DNA of 52,845 nucleotides. Origin: Octopus bimaculoides. Its lineage: Eukaryota. Below the pieces are notes generated by a model that saw nothing but the letters and a program-made list of their open reading frames with translations, ran no database searches and was not told the origin of the DNA. The first letter of the stretch is position 1, and every line of letters starts with the position of its first letter. The position numbers and the translations under genes were made by a program. The stretch lies in contig NC_068990.1 in the NCBI RefSeq assembly GCF_001194135.2, positions 9,674,618 through 9,727,462 on the forward strand, written 5' to 3'. Below, piece by piece: positions 48,621-52,845 of this stretch.

Positions 48621-49758
48621 TTTCACAAGGAGATACATTCTGTGATAATGGCCGCCAGCATTTGAAGCGTCTCTGAGGGCGTTAACGAAATACCACCCGT
48701 GTCTATTGGGAGTGTTATGCGGTGGTTGTTCCTCTATATGTACGATGTTAGACTAATTTTACTTTTCAAGAAACTATGTTAAAATGTGTGCATTGAATGT
48801 TTCTCTTAATATTATTTCAATGTGTGATTGTTGTTTGGTGTTTTGGCTATGGGTGTATTGTACATGGTTAGTGAAAGTTACGGAAGCATTTAAAATCGTA
48901 TAAGCTGCCTAAGGAAGCAAATTGAGGGTCAAAACTGAATTCTCGGTAACATCATTGTTAATTAAAAGTGAGGAACAAAGAACCCCTTCAGTATATCTTA
49001 CGATGACACGATGAGATAGTAAGCTACTGATGGAAGAGATATCAAGCGTGTCAAGGCGTAGGCGGGACGTTTTTACGGGAGCTTTATGTGACAAGAATGT
49101 TCGAAGGCTTTGGTGGGATATAGCAAAATAGATTATCTCAACTGAGAGTCATTGAAGATAGAACTTACTATAGAGTAATCAAAGAGATTAGGTCTACAGT
49201 GGATCCATTTGTCTGGGAAGCCATATTGGTGTTCAGTGGAGACACAGAGAGAGAAAGCGATAGGGAGAGATGTGGAGAAGGGAAGAGAGAGACTGAAATT
49301 CTTGGAGAACCTCTTTCTTAATGTTTATCTTCGAGGTGTTAGAGGTGAAAATGTTAATCAGTATCAGAATTCTCAGAATCTGAAAAATGTTTCTGTTTGG
49401 CAATATCAAACTAATACGCTTTGGTTTGTTTAAGATGTAATATTTTAGATTAACTTCCTGTGGGCTGTCGAAATAATTCAGAAAATAAATGATTTATTTA
49501 ATGTGAAAAGAAACTATATATAACGCTATTTCAAGACAGCAACTATGATTTGTTGCCATTCAAATTGATTTGATAATCACGATTCCCTCTTCAGATATTC
49601 AGTGTCTCTGTTTTGTAGGTTGTTTTTCTGGCTTTTATATGATCCGAAATTAATGCACACATATATACTTGCATACATATATGCCGGCATATATACATAC
49701 ACATATGTACGTACGTGTGTATATATAATATATAATACACACATACACACACATACAT

Positions 49759-49803
<45 letters not shown>

Positions 49804-50333
49804 NNNNNNNNNNNNNNNNNNNNNNNNNNNNNNNNNNNNNNNNNNNNNNNNNNNNNNNNNNNNNNNNNNNNNNNNNNNNNNNNNNNNNNNNNNNNNNNNN
49901 NNNNNNNNNNNNNNNNNNNNNNNNNNNNNNNNNNNNNNNNNNNNNNNNNNNNNNNNNNNNNNNNNNNNNNNNNNNNNNNNNNNNNNNNNNNNNNNNNNNN
50001 NNNNNNNNNNNNNNNNNNNNNNNNNNNNNNNNNNNNNNNNNNNNNNNNNNNNNNNNNNNNNNNNNNNNNNNNNNNNNNNNNNNNNNNNNNNNNNNNNNNN
50101 NNNNNNNNNNNNNNNNNNNNNNNNNNNNNNNNNNNNNNNNNNNNNNNNNNNNNNNNNNNNNNNNNNNNNNNNNNNNNNNNNNNNNNNNNNNNNNNNNNNN
50201 NNNNNNNNNNNNNNNNNNNNNNNNNNNNNNNNNNNNNNNNNNNNNNNNNNNNNNNNNNNNNNNNNNNNNNNNNNNNNNNNNNNNNNNNNNNNNNNNNNNN
50301 NNNNNNNNNNNNNNNNNNNNATATTGATATATA

Positions 50334-50643
50334 GGTAGAGGTGTGGATCAGTGCTAAGAGGTTTGCTTACCAACGACATGGTCCCGGATTCAATCACACA
50401 GTGTGTTTTCAACTACAGCCTCGGGCCGACCGATATTAATGACTCCAACTTTGTGTCTTTGTCTAACACTATTGACAACCAGTGCTAGTGTGTTTACTTC
50501 CCTGTAACTTCGCAGTTCGGCAAAAGAGACTGATTGAATAAATACCAGCCTTTAAAAGACGAGTACTAGTGTCGATTCGTTGCACTAAAAATGTGTGATG
50601 ATGGTGCTTCAGCATAACCAGTCTGAAGTTAAATGTAAAAGAT
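50334..50643 (+). mobile_element. SINE family A with internal deletions
   Basis: Head GGTAGAGGTGTGGATCAGTGCTAAG...CCCGGATTCAATC, then CAGCCTCGGGCCGACC, TTGACAACCAGTGCTAGTGTGTTTAC and CAGTTCGGCAAAAGAGAC. Confidence 0.75.
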
Positions 50644-50694
50644 AACTGTGTGTGTTTGTGTGTACGTGCGCGTGTGCATGTGTATGTTTGTGTT

Positions 50695-50734
<40 letters not shown>

Positions 50735-51508
50735 AGTGCTTCCCTATTCGTATTGCTTTTATTTGCATCCAAAAAACGCCCTGTTCCGTGATGGCTAAAA
50801 TTGGTAGTTTTGTAGTTTCGCTTGACATTTAGCTTTAGGATCTCTGTTCATTGTCTCATATCATATAGTTATTGGAGACTACGTACATATGTCCCATATA
50901 AGATTCCATTTATACTGAAATTGCTGCCACCCAATACTAGTGTCTAGTTTTCTTAGCAGTCCTATTATATTGCACAACAGTTTATAACCGAGAAAGAAAC
51001 AAACGCAGAAAATATATCAATCTAAATGTACATATGCCTGTGTGCATGTATGCGTTTCTACGTGTATGGATACAGTTTGATAAATTCATGCATTGGTGAA
51101 CTGACATAAAAAAAAACACACTACTTAGCTGGACGGAGGTGTATTATGTTTTCATTTTCAGATCCGTTTAGTGTCATCATAGATTAATGTTCTTCAATAA
51201 AGCTCCAAGAACTCCTGAAAAAACAAATACCCCTAAATTTTTACTTTTTATAATGCCATTTCTAGAGAACTTACTACTTTATATTTTTCTTTTGGAAATA
51301 TGTATTTCATTCATATGTTTGAAATATTGGCGATGAAGGTTCTGCAGGTAGCGGAGAAAGAGAGAAATGGTTTCAAAGGAATTGCTAACTATACAGCAAT
51401 CTTACTTGATTGGCTCAACACAATGTTGTTTTGCAGGGTATTTGAATATAGGTATGCATGCATGAATATATCCATATATGGGACAGCGTTATGTATAGAC
51501 AAACATTC

Positions 51509-51567
51509 GGGTCTGACGAGACGCTGTAAAGCTAAGCGTTTTACAGACGCGAAGCCCGGCTTAACCC
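51509..51567 (+). ncRNA. Degenerate hammerhead-like fold
   Basis: GGGT-CTGACGA-[long stem including CTGTAAA/TTTACAG]-GAAG-CCCGGC-TTA-ACCC. Stem I GGGT/ACCC; AAGCC-C-GGCTT quasi-palindrome; GAAA core short of one A. Confidence 0.4.
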
Positions 51568-52845
51568 CACATACCATCCATAGTTATCTTTATATATATG
51601 TAAATGTCGAACGATGAAATGATTGCTCAACACCGCATTGGTGGATATAATTTCTTTATTTGTTAATTAAGGTTACCATTGGTCTCATGCTAAGAAAAGT
51701 AGGAAAATATCCTAGTGTCTTAATTTATTTTGAAGCCGATCACATGCGCACGTTCTACTTGAATGATCATAGATATAAAGCGCCGTTATAGAATTCGTAC
51801 AGTGTGAATTAAAAATACACACCGGGTTAACTAAGTTCCCATTTGCAGTTAGACTAAATCCCCATTTGTTTTTTGAAAAAAAGAAAAACATCTCTGTAGC
51901 TCCACAATTAAGTGCAACACTACACAATTTAAAAAAAATATTTTTGTATCTAAAATACAAGTGACATAACGATCACAGGATGAACAGAAATATTGTTGGA
52001 AAAATAGATGGCTACGTTTGTGATTGTCGAAACTTCGCAGTCGAAAAATTCAGGAAGTTAACTTATTTAATTTGCAGAGGATATAAGTAATCTCTTCATG
52101 CATACATGCAGTGAGATATAGCTTGCTAACCACCTTCGACTTTTGAAATACAAATTGTTTCACCAAGTAAAACCAAGTTTTAATTTAGTCAAACCTTAAG
52201 CTCATAGAAAGACTTATAGTCATTTCTCCCTTTAAGATTGACCAGTAACGTTCTACATACGACTATTAATATCATCCGAATAAATACACATTAAATTCAA
52301 TGTTAAGTATTGCGTATTTGTACTTTTAATTGTTATAAATAACGTCTGTTTTATAATTAGTTATATAATTAGTTTACTATTAAGCAAATTAGAGTATTGA
52401 TTAATTAATCGGTTCATCAAAATTCGTTCGTCATTGAATGTAAAATTATCACCAACAATGTACTAGTATTACAGCTTCTGCACAATATGGCAGTTATTTA
52501 ATTTTTTGTTATTTTTTGCGAATCTTCGGTTTGTAACTGCAAGCTAATGTGAACAAGGTATGTACCATAAAACTGAAACGGTATAATAGAAGCCTATCAG
52601 CATCGATAGAGTCAACAACAGTGTCAAAAGAACACTGGGTGAATCAATTCATCAGTTAATTTAGTATTGAAACTGCGTGGGCATATTATTGACAGCAGGG
52701 CACCCACAGAATACAGTAATATTCGATTCAATATTTAAAACAAATACAAAGGGAAGCACACACGCACGCACACACACATTTTTATGTATTTATATATATA
52801 TAAATGTGTCTTCGTGTATATATATATGTGGAGACTCGTATATAT

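Noticed and set aside
49000-49400. Possible second Tx1/L1 C-terminal remnant (VRRLWWDIAK)
   Set aside because: Only one short motif; too decayed to support a call.
911-50412. Long ORFs in the track that contain X runs (e.g. 911-1795, 3160-3717, 4992-5497, 16549-17020, 40459-41519, 49591-50412)
   Set aside because: They are open only because N-gaps and (AT)n/(CA)n repeats lack stop codons.
1-52845. CRISPR arrays, rRNA, prokaryotic operons
   Set aside because: No repeat-spacer arrays or rRNA-like sequence seen; composition and repeats are those of an animal genome.

Overview
AT-rich eukaryotic genomic DNA from a gapped draft assembly, with 8 N-gaps, most flanked by microsatellites. From memory, the SINE families look like octopus/cephalopod repeats; this was not searched. 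No host protein-coding gene could be identified. The window is mostly transposable-element remains: a full-length Tc1 with TIRs and a TA target duplication, a mariner remnant, a ~2 kb non-autonomous Helitron carrying a TIR-bounded telomere-repeat unit, CR1/L2-, Tx1/L1- and RTE-type LINE fragments, at least three tRNA-derived SINE families, and two clear Penelope-like retroelement (PLE) copies. The main signal is five unrelated hammerhead-ribozyme-like motifs. One has an intact core at the 3' end of a PLE (41761-41812, minus strand), and one lies in a tRNA-promoter-headed unit placed back-to-back with a PLE RT fragment. Other notable items are two large fold-back structures, a long Asn/Thr/Lys-rich linker in the PLE ORF, and one unexplained 187-codon ORF that may be a host exon. 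Most long ORFs in the supplied track are artefacts of N-gaps and microsatellites. All identities were counted by eye.
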